Source: an uncultured Chloroflexia bacterium (GTDB lineage Bacteria > Chloroflexota > Anaerolineae > Anaerolineales > Anaerolineaceae). From it: 32,000 bases of DNA. Positions 17,233 through 25,532 of this stretch are shown in pieces. Location of the stretch: assembly GCA_963704755.1 (NCBI GenBank), contig OY969938.1, forward strand, positions 4,800,001 through 4,832,000. Direction: 5' to 3'. Within the stretch, counting starts at the first letter, position 1, and every line of letters begins with the position of its first letter. The position numbers were made by a program, and so were the translations under genes. Under the pieces are notes generated by a model. It had not been told where the DNA came from, did not search any database, and saw only the letters and a list, made by a program, of their open reading frames with translations.

Positions 17233-18066
17233 TCAGAACTCGATTTCGGCGATCTGGTCGAAGTCCAGGTCCAGTTCGGTCAGCCCGGTATCAGACAGCT
17301 CTTCGTCGCTAATATCCGTACCGGCCCGCTCGCCACGTTCGCACAGCGAGCGGTAATTACAGAACATACATTTGTGTTCATCGCTGGTCAGCGGAAAGCC
17401 GGAGGCCAGGTCGTGCTCGACCTCGGCGGCCAGGCGGGCCAACTCTTGCCCGTCCTGGCTGTATTGTTTGGCCGAATAAGAAAAAATCTCGGGATATAAA
17501 GGCTCGGCAGTGAACCAATAGATCATCTCGACCTGTTCGGGCTGCACCGGGCTGCCGCCGTTCAGGTGTTGGGCGGCCTTGACTGCCATCCAGGGGTACA
17601 GGCGGGTCTGGATGCGCTGGCGCAGGCGCGAGCGGGGGGCTTTTTTTATCCCAGTTTTCCAGTCCACGATCAGCACTTTCTGGCCGGGCTCGATGCATAA
17701 TAAGTCGAATTTTGCCAGGAATGGATGGCCTCCGGCGTTACAACGCAAGCTGAATTCCGGGTAACGCTGCTCCGGCAAAGGCGTTGGTGGGCTGGCCAGG
17801 TAATTCCCCCACCAATCCTGCAGTAATTCATCACCGGCGGCTTGCGGGCCGATTTTGTCGGCGGGCAGGCCCAACTGGTGCTGGTGGACCATCTGGTGGA
17901 AACGCTGCCCACGCAGGATGCGCAGTTCGTTTTCCTGGGCCGGCTCGGATTGGATGGCCGGCCAGGGCTGGCGCAGCAGGTGGCGCAGCTCGAAACGGCG
18001 TGGGCAATCGACAAAATCTTGCAGGTTGTTCTGGTTGAAGGTGAAATTTGCCGGTAACTCAGCCAA
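17233..18066 (-). CDS. free-standing PD-(D/E)XK nuclease of the Cas4/AddB Fe-S type
   Basis: An N-terminal Cys (DFVDCPRRF), FDLL...LIVDWKTG (D..D-x-K) and C-terminal CMFCNYRSLC (CxxCx5C). The ORF is open to 18099, but TTG 18066 has a GGGAGG SD 6 nt upstream and overlaps the upstream stop by 8 nt. Confidence 0.7.
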   Translation of the reverse strand: MAELPANFTFNQNNLQDFVDCPRRFELRHLLRQPWPAIQSEPAQENELRILRGQRFHQMVHQHQLGLPADKIGPQAAGDELLQDWWGNYLASPPTPLPEQRYPEFSLRCNAGGHPFLAKFDLLCIEPGQKVLIVDWKTGIKKAPRSRLRQRIQTRLYPWMAVKAAQHLNGGSPVQPEQVEMIYWFTAEPLYPEIFSYSAKQYSQDGQELARLAAEVEHDLASGFPLTSDEHKCMFCNYRSLCERGERAGTDISDEELSDTGLTELDLDFDQIAEIEF

Positions 18067-20296
18067 AATTTTCCTCCCAGTATTGGTGCATATGGACAAA
18101 AGGCAGCGAGGGCTGGTTTTCGCGGCTGTTCGAGCGGCCGGTGTTCCAGGTGAGCACCAACGAGCGGCGCGCGCGGGTGATCCCCACGAAAAGCAGGCGC
18201 AGCCGTTCGGCGCAGTAGTCCACCCGGGCCTGGCGGGTGGCGATGCCTTCCTCGAGGTACAGGCCGGTCACGTCCCGTTCGACCAGGGCTTTCAATTGCG
18301 CCAGGGCCTCGGCTTCCAGGTTGAGTTGGCCGCGGACGAAGTATTTTTCGGAAATGTATTGGTCGTAGGGCTGCAAGGACGGGAAATCGTAGTTGTTGTT
18401 GGATACCAGGTACACCCGGTCCCATTCCAGCCCCTTGGCCTTGTGGACCGTGGCGACAACCACCTGGCCCTTGTGTTTGTCCGGGTCGAAACCGCTGTCC
18501 TCCTCGGAATAGCCCACCAGGCGGCGTTCGTTGCGGGCCACGCTGCGCAGTTCCTCGGTGAACTGGGGCAACGACCATTCCGGGTGGATCCGTTCGGCGC
18601 GCTCCAGCACCAGGGCCAGCTTGTGGGATAGGGCCAGCTCGGCCGGCTGGTCGAATAAGTCTTGGGCAATGGTCAGCAGCAGCTCGCCGGCGGGCAGCAA
18701 GGTGCTTTCCTGCCACTTGCGGACCAGGTCACGGTAGATCTCCAATTCGTTCAACAGGGCCGGTTCGGGGTTGTCCAGGGCCAGCCGGCTCAACCAGTCC
18801 TGCCCAGTGCGCGGCCAGAGATACTGCTCCACCTGGGCACAGCGGGCGATGGCCGTTTGAGTGGCCTTTTGCAGCGGGACGTTCTCGTTCGCTTCAATCC
18901 ATTTACGGCGAAAATCTTTATACACGGCGGCCAGTTTGGCCGCGCTGGTCGGCTCGCTCAGCATAGCCAGGACCTTGCCCAAAATGTCGGCGGTCTGGCG
19001 GGTGGACTGGCTGGATTGTAACAGTTCGATGGCGTCCAACCCGGCGTTTTTGAGCGCCTCGACCACCTTGCCGCCGCGCTCGTTGCGCGGCACCAGCACG
19101 GCCACAGTCTGGTCGGGGTGCTCCGGCAGCCAGCGTTTGATCGAGGTAACCAACGCGCGAACCTCTTCCTCGGGCGGCATTTTCTTGTCGTATAGGAACA
19201 GGCCACCCGGGTCGTCTGGTGGGTTAGGTTGAGGGTCGCCGGGTGGGGTGGGGCGGATGAAAGGCGGGGCCAGGGACGAACGCAATTCCTCGACCGGGTG
19301 TTCGCTGCCCGCCCAGCGTACCAGCTCGTTGGCCAGGCTGATGATGCTGGCGGTCGAACGGCCCGAATCAGGCAGGTCACGGGCCTGGACGCCGGGTTCA
19401 CGCAGGAACCGGCGCAAGAATTCCGGGCTGGCGGTCGTAAAGGTCTCGTAAATGGCCTGGTTGGGGTCGCCCACACGCACCCAGTTGCCCTCGGACCCGG
19501 AAAGCAGGCGCAGGATCTCTTCCTGCAGGCGGGAGGAGTCCTGGGCTTCATCTTCCAGAATGTAGGGCCAGCGATAGCGCAGGCGTTGGAGATAGTCTTC
19601 ATCTGAATGTATGGCTAAGAGGGCAAAGCGGATCAGATCGTCGAAATCGACCGCGCTGCGGTAGCTTAATCCACGCTGGTAAGCGGTATAGACTTCCAGG
19701 CCCAGCTCGAGCAGCGGGCTGGAGAAATTTAACTCGTCCATCTGGCGGCGGATATCGTCCGGGCTGACCTGCAAGTCTTTGGCCAGGCGGATGTAGCTGT
19801 GCGCCAGGCTAACGACCGCCGACTCCCAATCCCGGTAGGCTCGCTGGTTGTTGCGTAAATCGATATCGCTGGATGTATATTGTTCGTAAAATTCGGGGTG
19901 GGCCCGCAGCCAACCGTTGACGGCTACCTGCAAAATATCATCCGATTCGCGCTCGTCCACGATGGTGAAGCGGTCGGATAAACCGGCCAGGTCGGGGCGT
20001 TCACGCACAATGTCGTGGGCCAGGCCGTGCAGGGTGCGCACCCGGTAGCCCAGGTCGCGCAAGAAGCCGGACTCCTCGATGAAACCGCCTACCCGGCTGG
20101 AGAAATTGTCCACGGCCGAATTGACCAGGGTCACGATCAAGATTTCCTGGCCGTCATTCAGGGAGTCAGAGGCGATCAGGTTGGCGGCCAGGCGCGAAAG
20201 GGTGTAGGTTTTGCCGCTGCCGGGAACGGCCGATACGCCCATCCAGCCACCTTTGTAAGTCAGTACCCTGGCCTGGTTGGGGCGGGGATTAAACAT
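18059..20296 (-). CDS. UvrD/PcrA/Rep-type SF1A DNA helicase (745 aa, no nuclease domain recognised)
   Basis: Motifs I AVPGSGKTYT, Ia IVTLVNSA, II YILEDEAQDSS, III VGDPNQAIY, V VHKAKGLEWDRVYL and VI FVGITRARRSL. Confidence 0.85.
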   Translation of the reverse strand: MFNPRPNQARVLTYKGGWMGVSAVPGSGKTYTLSRLAANLIASDSLNDGQEILIVTLVNSAVDNFSSRVGGFIEESGFLRDLGYRVRTLHGLAHDIVRERPDLAGLSDRFTIVDERESDDILQVAVNGWLRAHPEFYEQYTSSDIDLRNNQRAYRDWESAVVSLAHSYIRLAKDLQVSPDDIRRQMDELNFSSPLLELGLEVYTAYQRGLSYRSAVDFDDLIRFALLAIHSDEDYLQRLRYRWPYILEDEAQDSSRLQEEILRLLSGSEGNWVRVGDPNQAIYETFTTASPEFLRRFLREPGVQARDLPDSGRSTASIISLANELVRWAGSEHPVEELRSSLAPPFIRPTPPGDPQPNPPDDPGGLFLYDKKMPPEEEVRALVTSIKRWLPEHPDQTVAVLVPRNERGGKVVEALKNAGLDAIELLQSSQSTRQTADILGKVLAMLSEPTSAAKLAAVYKDFRRKWIEANENVPLQKATQTAIARCAQVEQYLWPRTGQDWLSRLALDNPEPALLNELEIYRDLVRKWQESTLLPAGELLLTIAQDLFDQPAELALSHKLALVLERAERIHPEWSLPQFTEELRSVARNERRLVGYSEEDSGFDPDKHKGQVVVATVHKAKGLEWDRVYLVSNNNYDFPSLQPYDQYISEKYFVRGQLNLEAEALAQLKALVERDVTGLYLEEGIATRQARVDYCAERLRLLFVGITRARRSLVLTWNTGRSNSRENQPSLPFVHMHQYWEENFG

Positions 20297-22409
20297 GGCC
20301 GGCGCTTTCCGCTATAAACAGGCGGTGCAAAATGATGTTCATCGCTTGCAGCAGTGCCCCTCTTTCCTCGGCGCCGCGCTCGTTGATGCGGTTGCTATAC
20401 AGGTAAACATGGGTTCGGCAGCGAGCCAGCAGCCCGCCGGTCAGACGTACCAGGGTTTGCTGGTTGGCCTCGTACTCATCCGCGTCGGTCCAGACCTTGT
20501 CGATCGGCCAGCGCCGGCTGAGCACATACGGGTGGGTCAAGGGCTGGTAGAGACGCTCCCACCAGGCTTGCGCGCCGATATCCAGCCAGAACTGGTAGCT
20601 TACCGGGCGATTGGCCATGATGAAGGTGAAAGCCGGGGCAATCAGGACGGCGTCCGTTTCTTCTTGATAGGGCTGCAAGTACTGCGAGGCGATCACGCCT
20701 TCGCGCACCATGCGTAAATAGATTTCTCCCAGGTCGGAGGATGAGCTGCTGAGGGTGTTTTCGGCTACCCGGCGGAATTTCTGGATCAATTCGATCAGCC
20801 GGGCCGTGACCCCGGCCGCCTCGAAGTTGTCGTGAAAGCCAAAGCCGGGTTGCGAAATGACTTCGCCGAACAGCCGGCTGAGAAACACGTCCAGTTCGAC
20901 CGGCTGTTCGGCGCTGCGATAGTCCAGCAGCCAGGCGCGCAGGCGGTTATAGTGCTCGCCCACGCTGAACGTGATCCGCTCGCGGATGTCCGCGATCACC
21001 GGGTCGAAGTCGCCCAGCGGGTCTTCCACGTTGCGGTAACGGTACAATACGGCCGTGATCAGTTCGGCCCGCACCAGGTCGATGCCCTGGATGACCTGCA
21101 GAATCATCGAACGGAATTCGGCTTTCGTCGGCAGGACTTCCCACCGGGGGTGGGCCAGGTAGGCCAGGGTGATCAGGCAGCGGGCAGCCGGCTCATCGTG
21201 CAGGCTGCGCGAAGGACGGATGGAGCGGATCTGGACTTCGGATTGGGCCAGGCGATGGGTCAACGCGTGGCGCAGGGCGTCCGAGAGGTAAGGGGTCAGC
21301 ACGGCAATTTCGGCCGGGGGGATTTGCTCGTCTTTGATTAAATGGACGATTTCGCCGCTGACCTGATCGACCATCTCGGTGAAAAAGCGCAATCCGCTGT
21401 AGCTAAAGGCTGTTTCGATCCCGGCGGGTAGGTTTTCCTCCAGGCGGTGACCCAGGCCCTTAGCGAGGGTGTCCTGGAACTGGTTCATGGCGGGGCTCAT
21501 GTTGAGCGAAACTTGAAAAACGAGCTGGTCCGGGCATTCTTCACGCAATGCATAGCCGTAATCCGGGTCGGCGCCCAGGAAAACCCGGTTCCCGCCGCCG
21601 CTGTCGTACACTAGCAGAGCCGAATCAAGGGCAGGCAGCCATTCGCGGATCACGTCGTGGGCGACCGGCACGTCCTCCTCGACGTTGTCGTAGATCAGGT
21701 GGCGGTACTGGCGCCGTAAATAACTGCGTACCAGGTCGGAGGGCCAGAGTAAATTGGCAAAAACCTCGATTTGCAACGAAAAATCCAACAGGTTGTTTTG
21801 CAGGCAAAAGTCCCGGAAGCGGTTGGCGCATTCCTGGACCTGATCGTAGAGAATCAACTGGGCCGGGCGGCCCACCCAGGCGTTTTTCAGCCGTTCGGCC
21901 AGTTCCAGGTGTGAAAAACCGGCCACAGCCGCCTTGTTGAGGTTGTCCAGCACCTGGGCAAACAGGCGGTTGCGGTCGATCGTCACCTGTTCGAAGTAAC
22001 CTTCGTCCAGCAGCGGGCGGACCACCTGGGCCATGAAATATTGGGCCGTCTCCAGAGTCAAAAAGACGGGGGGCAATTCGGGATGGGAAAAACCGGCTTC
22101 GCCTGCGATAGCCGGCCAGAAAAGTTGAACCATACGCTGAGCCAGACCGCCGATGGTTATGGTTGAAGCCAGGCCACCATCCGGGTAATCCGGCCGGTGG
22201 AGCGAATCGACGTAGGGGATGGCCAGGGTACGCTGGGGGGCCAACACCAGGATCTGTTCGGCGGGGACGCCGTTTTCCATTAAAAATGCCAACCGACGGA
22301 CTGCTGCGGTGGTCTTCCCGCTGCCGGGAGGACCTTCCAGAAACAGTTTAGCCGATAAAGGCGCAGTTATGACTTCGATTTGGGCGTTAGTCAGGCCGTC
22401 GGTGGTCAA
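20289..22409 (-). CDS. SF1 helicase-like P-loop protein with degenerate catalytic motifs (AddB/AdnA-like scaffold candidate)
   Basis: Walker A GPPGSGKTT and Ia VLAPQRTLA are present. Motif II is degraded to LIYDNVEED and there is no clear GD..Q motif III. TTG start. The stop overlaps the ATG of the next gene (ATGTTTAA). Confidence 0.6.
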   Translation of the reverse strand: MTTDGLTNAQIEVITAPLSAKLFLEGPPGSGKTTAAVRRLAFLMENGVPAEQILVLAPQRTLAIPYVDSLHRPDYPDGGLASTITIGGLAQRMVQLFWPAIAGEAGFSHPELPPVFLTLETAQYFMAQVVRPLLDEGYFEQVTIDRNRLFAQVLDNLNKAAVAGFSHLELAERLKNAWVGRPAQLILYDQVQECANRFRDFCLQNNLLDFSLQIEVFANLLWPSDLVRSYLRRQYRHLIYDNVEEDVPVAHDVIREWLPALDSALLVYDSGGGNRVFLGADPDYGYALREECPDQLVFQVSLNMSPAMNQFQDTLAKGLGHRLEENLPAGIETAFSYSGLRFFTEMVDQVSGEIVHLIKDEQIPPAEIAVLTPYLSDALRHALTHRLAQSEVQIRSIRPSRSLHDEPAARCLITLAYLAHPRWEVLPTKAEFRSMILQVIQGIDLVRAELITAVLYRYRNVEDPLGDFDPVIADIRERITFSVGEHYNRLRAWLLDYRSAEQPVELDVFLSRLFGEVISQPGFGFHDNFEAAGVTARLIELIQKFRRVAENTLSSSSSDLGEIYLRMVREGVIASQYLQPYQEETDAVLIAPAFTFIMANRPVSYQFWLDIGAQAWWERLYQPLTHPYVLSRRWPIDKVWTDADEYEANQQTLVRLTGGLLARCRTHVYLYSNRINERGAEERGALLQAMNIILHRLFIAESAGHV

Positions 22410-22452
22410 ATTTCCCCATCTTTCTGTTGGCTATGAACGATACATACGGCGG

Positions 22453-23025
22453 CTAATATGGCTGGCCGGCCAGGCAATGCAGGACGGCCCGTGTGAGCAG
22501 GGCGTCATCCGAGGCGCGGTGCGAATTGGGCAGTGAAATGCCAAACTGCCGGCCGGCTTCCTCCAGGCGGAACAGTTTGAATGCCCGCCGGTAGGGATCG
22601 TAAACCCCACGGTACTCGGAGTACAACAGCATGACGTCGAACGAGGTGAGATTTTCCCGCCAGGTCAAACGGTACTGCTCCAGGGACTGGCGCATCAGGC
22701 GCAGGTCGAATTCGGCGTTGTAGATACCGATATTCCGTGAGACCAACAGTGGCCGCAAGCCGGCCCAAACGGCCGGCCAGGACGGTGCGGAGGCCACTTC
22801 TTCGTTGCTGATCCCATGCACTGCTGAGGCGGCCGGAGGGATCGGGTGTGCCGGGCGCACAAAGGATTGGAATAAGACTGATCCGTCGCTATCGATGATC
22901 CCCATCTCTACAATTTCGGAAGATTTGTCCAGACCGGTGGTCTCGGTATCGAGGTAAACCGGTTTGCTCTGGATCCATTTTTGGGCCAGTTCATTGACTT
23001 TTTGTTGGTTTGGGTTAATTGCCAT
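22453..23025 (-). CDS. DEDDh 3'-5' exonuclease (DnaQ / epsilon-like)
   Basis: ExoI YLDTETTGLD, ExoII IYNAEFDLRLM, ExoIII HRASDDALLT. Confidence 0.8.
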   Translation of the reverse strand: MAINPNQQKVNELAQKWIQSKPVYLDTETTGLDKSSEIVEMGIIDSDGSVLFQSFVRPAHPIPPAASAVHGISNEEVASAPSWPAVWAGLRPLLVSRNIGIYNAEFDLRLMRQSLEQYRLTWRENLTSFDVMLLYSEYRGVYDPYRRAFKLFRLEEAGRQFGISLPNSHRASDDALLTRAVLHCLAGQPY

Positions 23026-23120
23026 AATTTTTTATTGGAACTGCTCGATCTTGTGACTTAAGCCACCGTAACTTTTTAAAGTACAGGCTTCTTTTTCACC
23101 AGGCCGAGCAGCACCGTTTC

Positions 23121-24001
23121 CTAGTTCAAGGTCCAGTAGTCGAATTCGTCGGTGGAAGTAGTGAAATTAGGCGTGTTGCGGGCAGAAATCAACATACCGT
23201 ACGAGCCGGCATCGGGAAATTTGCTGTCGGTCACTTCGCCGATCTGCTGGCCGTTGACGAACAGTTTGAAATCATCGCCTTTGGCCATGACGCCTAAGCG
23301 ATTGGTCTGGTTGGAGCCGGTCAAGATGGCGTTGCTGGAATTGTTGCCGCTCTTCAGATCAACCTCATTTTCGCCATCCCAATAGCCAAAAATCCAATTG
23401 CCATCACAGGTGACCTGGAACCAGTAGCCTTTGATGTAGTCCGGGCTGCGCACGATCAGACCGTACATATCCGCGCCGGAGCAGTCGCCTACCTGGACGG
23501 TGGCCTGGATGTAAGCATCCTGGAGTTTGACACCGCCGGTGCGCCAGCCGTGATAATCGCTGGCGTAGCGGCTGGTCATGACTAGCGCGCCGTTCTCGAT
23601 GCGGATGTAGGTGTAGTCATCGTCGTAGGGTTGGTTTTCCAGGCCAAAATTCTTCCCGGTATCGAGGGTGTCTTTGCCGGTAGGCGGTCCCAGATACACG
23701 GCCGGGTCGGTCGAAAGGGGTGTGGAAGTCACGCCGGCGGGGGTCGCCGTTGGGGTGGCCAGGCTGGTCTCTGTCGCTATTGCCGTCGGGCTGCCGGTAG
23801 GCGTCGCGGCGGATCCTGCGGCAGTAGAAGTACTGCCGGGTAAGGTCGGCATTGCCGTTGGACTGGGTTGGCTGGTCAGCATGAGCGACACCTGGGTGGC
23901 GATCATGTCCGGGGTGGAGCTGGGGTTTTGGACGGGCAAGTTGCAACCCGCCAAGAGAGAATTGAGACTGCGATCAAAAAAGCGAAAATGGTTTTCCGCA
24001 T
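23121..24001 (-). CDS. secreted lipoprotein with a Thr/Pro/Ala-rich linker and a ConA/LamG-like beta-sandwich domain; the signal peptide is out of frame (apparent 1-nt deletion near 23952-23954)
   Basis: ATG 24001 (GGAG upstream) encodes MRKTIFAFLIAVSILS in one frame. The long ORF (23121-24044) continues with LLAGCNLP... in another frame. Joining them gives a canonical lipoprotein signal ending in LAG|C. Confidence 0.5.
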
Positions 24002-24067
24002 AAAATCTCCATTGTTGAATTGCTTTTTTTCCACAGATGGACACGGATGAACACAGATACTTTTTTT

Positions 24068-24125
24068 ATAACTGCCCGGCTAGAAAGGTAATAACCTAAA
24101 AATGAGCATAGGTATGGGCAGTTAT
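24068..24125. repeat. 10-bp perfect inverted repeat ATAACTGCCC / GGGCAGTTAT in the divergent promoter region
   Basis: Read directly: arms at 24068-24077 and 24116-24125 with a 38-nt spacer. Confidence 0.5.
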
Positions 24126-24284
24126 CAAGTATTTTTTATTTATAAATGTCCTCTATCCGTGTCTGTTTGGGTTCATCTGATGCAAATCATTGTGCTTAGA
24201 CATGGTTATAGCGTATCAGGAATTATAATCTTAATTAAGCGAGGGGTTGGAGCAGGTACGATATTCTATTTGAGCAGGGAAACG

Positions 24285-24845
24285 ATGCGGGTACTGGTAT
24301 TTTACAAACCTTATGGGGTGCTGACTTCTTTTACGGATCCGGAAGGCCGGCCGACCCTGAGCAGTTATATCGACGTGGCCGGCGTCTATGCGGCCGGCCG
24401 CCTGGATATGGATAGTGAAGGCTTGCTTTTGCTCACCGATGGCGGCGACCTGGCTCACCGGTTGACGGATCCCGGCCATAAGGTGGCCAAGACCTACCTG
24501 GTCCAGGTAGAAGGCGAGATCACTGCTGAGGCGATTACCGGCCTGGAGCGCGGGGTAGAGGTCAAGGGCCGGGTGACCCGGCGCTGCAAAGCCTTGCAGG
24601 TACCGGAACCAACGCTGCCGGAACGGGAAAAGCCGGTGACGCCGCACGGGCCGACCAGTTGGCTGCGCCTGGAACTGCGCGAAGGCAAAAAACGCCAGAT
24701 CCGCCACATGACTGCCAAAGTAGGCTTCCCGACTTTGCGCCTTCTGCGCATAGCCATTGGCCCGATCACCCTGGAGGGCTTACAGCCCGGTCAATGGCGG
24801 GAGCTGAGCGGGGAAGAGATCGATAAGTTGAGGAAGGCGCTGTGA
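24285..24845 (+). CDS. rluE: RsuA/RluE-family pseudouridine synthase (no S4 domain)
   Basis: MRVLVFYKPYGVLTSF, the catalytic motif GRLDMDSEGLLLLTDGG, KTYLVQVEG and GKKRQIRHM. The upstream extension to 24102 has no support. Confidence 0.8.
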   Translation: MRVLVFYKPYGVLTSFTDPEGRPTLSSYIDVAGVYAAGRLDMDSEGLLLLTDGGDLAHRLTDPGHKVAKTYLVQVEGEITAEAITGLERGVEVKGRVTRRCKALQVPEPTLPEREKPVTPHGPTSWLRLELREGKKRQIRHMTAKVGFPTLRLLRIAIGPITLEGLQPGQWRELSGEEIDKLRKAL

Positions 24846-24941
24846 AAGATTGGGTCAAGGGTCAGGTTTCAGGGGAGTGTTACGGTTTTGCTGTGTTTCG
24901 GTGATTCGGTAAAGACATGATTCCTCCGTGAAATCCGCATT

Positions 24942-25420
24942 TTGGATTTTGGGGGAGGTTTGGAGGAGGCAAAAAGCAGCCGGTCAACCAGCCTGTGGGC
25001 TGATAATGCCGGCGCTAACCCTCAACCCCCGGCCCCTTCCCCCGCTCTGGGGGAAGGGGTGACTTGCTATCGGAAGGCTGCTTTTGGCAGGCGCTATGCC
25101 CCCCGCTGCGCCGCTTCCCAAATCAGATTTTGATTTGGGGGGGAGTGCCAGATTTGCTGCTCATGGGCTCAATTCAGCCGGCGTTTGCCCTCATCCCCCG
25201 GCCCCTTCCCCCAGAGCGGGGGAAGGGGTGACTGGCTGCCGGGAGGCTGCTTTTGGCAGGCGCTATGCCCCCCGCTGCGCCGCTTCCCTTCAAATCGGGT
25301 TTTGATTTGGGGGGAAGGGCCAGATTTGCTGCTCATGGGCTCAATTCGGCCAGCGCTAACCCTCATCCCCCGGCCCCTTCCCCCGCTCTGGGGGAAGGGG
25401 TGACTGGCTGCCCCGAAAAG
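24942..25420. repeat. tandem repeat of about 169-172 bp, about 2.7 copies, each carrying the 27-nt hairpin CCCCTTCCCCC-N5-GGGGGAAGGGG
   Basis: Hairpins lie at 25033-25059, 25202-25228 and 25374-25400. The flanks (CTCA[AT]CCCCCGG..., TGACTGGCTGCC..., GGCTGCTTTTGGCAGGCGCTATGCCCCCCGCTGCGCCGCTTCCC, TTTGATTTGGGGGG) repeat in direct orientation. Confidence 0.85.
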
Positions 25421-25472
25421 CCCTCTTCCCTCATTGCCTCGTCGCCTCATCGACTGATTTCTACGAACTATT

Positions 25473-25500
25473 CTCCATTCTCTCCTCTCCATTCTCTCCT
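25473..25500. repeat. perfect tandem 14-mer CTCCATTCTCTCCT x2
   Basis: Read directly (25473-25486 and 25487-25500), just upstream of TATAAT at 25517-25522. Confidence 0.8.
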
Positions 25501-25532
25501 CCCTCCTTTTCGCCAGTATAATTAACCTCTGC

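Noticed and set aside
15962-18716. Long ORFs overlapping recJ, the nuclease and the helicase genes in other frames: 390 aa on the plus strand (15962-17134), 258 aa on the plus strand (17855-18631) and 348 aa on the minus strand (17670-18716)
   Set aside because: They lie antisense to, or out of frame with, strongly motif-supported genes. They have low-complexity Arg/Gly/Pro-rich composition and no start context.
24020-24175. Shared words (CAGATG, GACACGGAT, GATGAAC) on opposite strands around the lipoprotein gene start and the rluE upstream region, considered as a long inverted repeat
   Set aside because: The complementary blocks occur in an interleaved order that cannot form a simple hairpin. 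They are too short and scattered to support a call. Only the clean 10-bp inverted repeat at 24068-24125 was kept.
24942-25525. Three overlapping plus-strand ORFs (63, 73 and 90 aa) with similar PPAPSP[AR][LA]GEGVT peptides, and the idea that the regularly spaced 27-nt hairpins form a CRISPR array
   Set aside because: The peptide similarity simply reflects translation of a DNA tandem repeat, with no RBS and overlapping frames. The period is ~170 bp and the inter-hairpin sequence is itself repeated, so there are no unique spacers. No cas genes are present, so this is not a CRISPR array.
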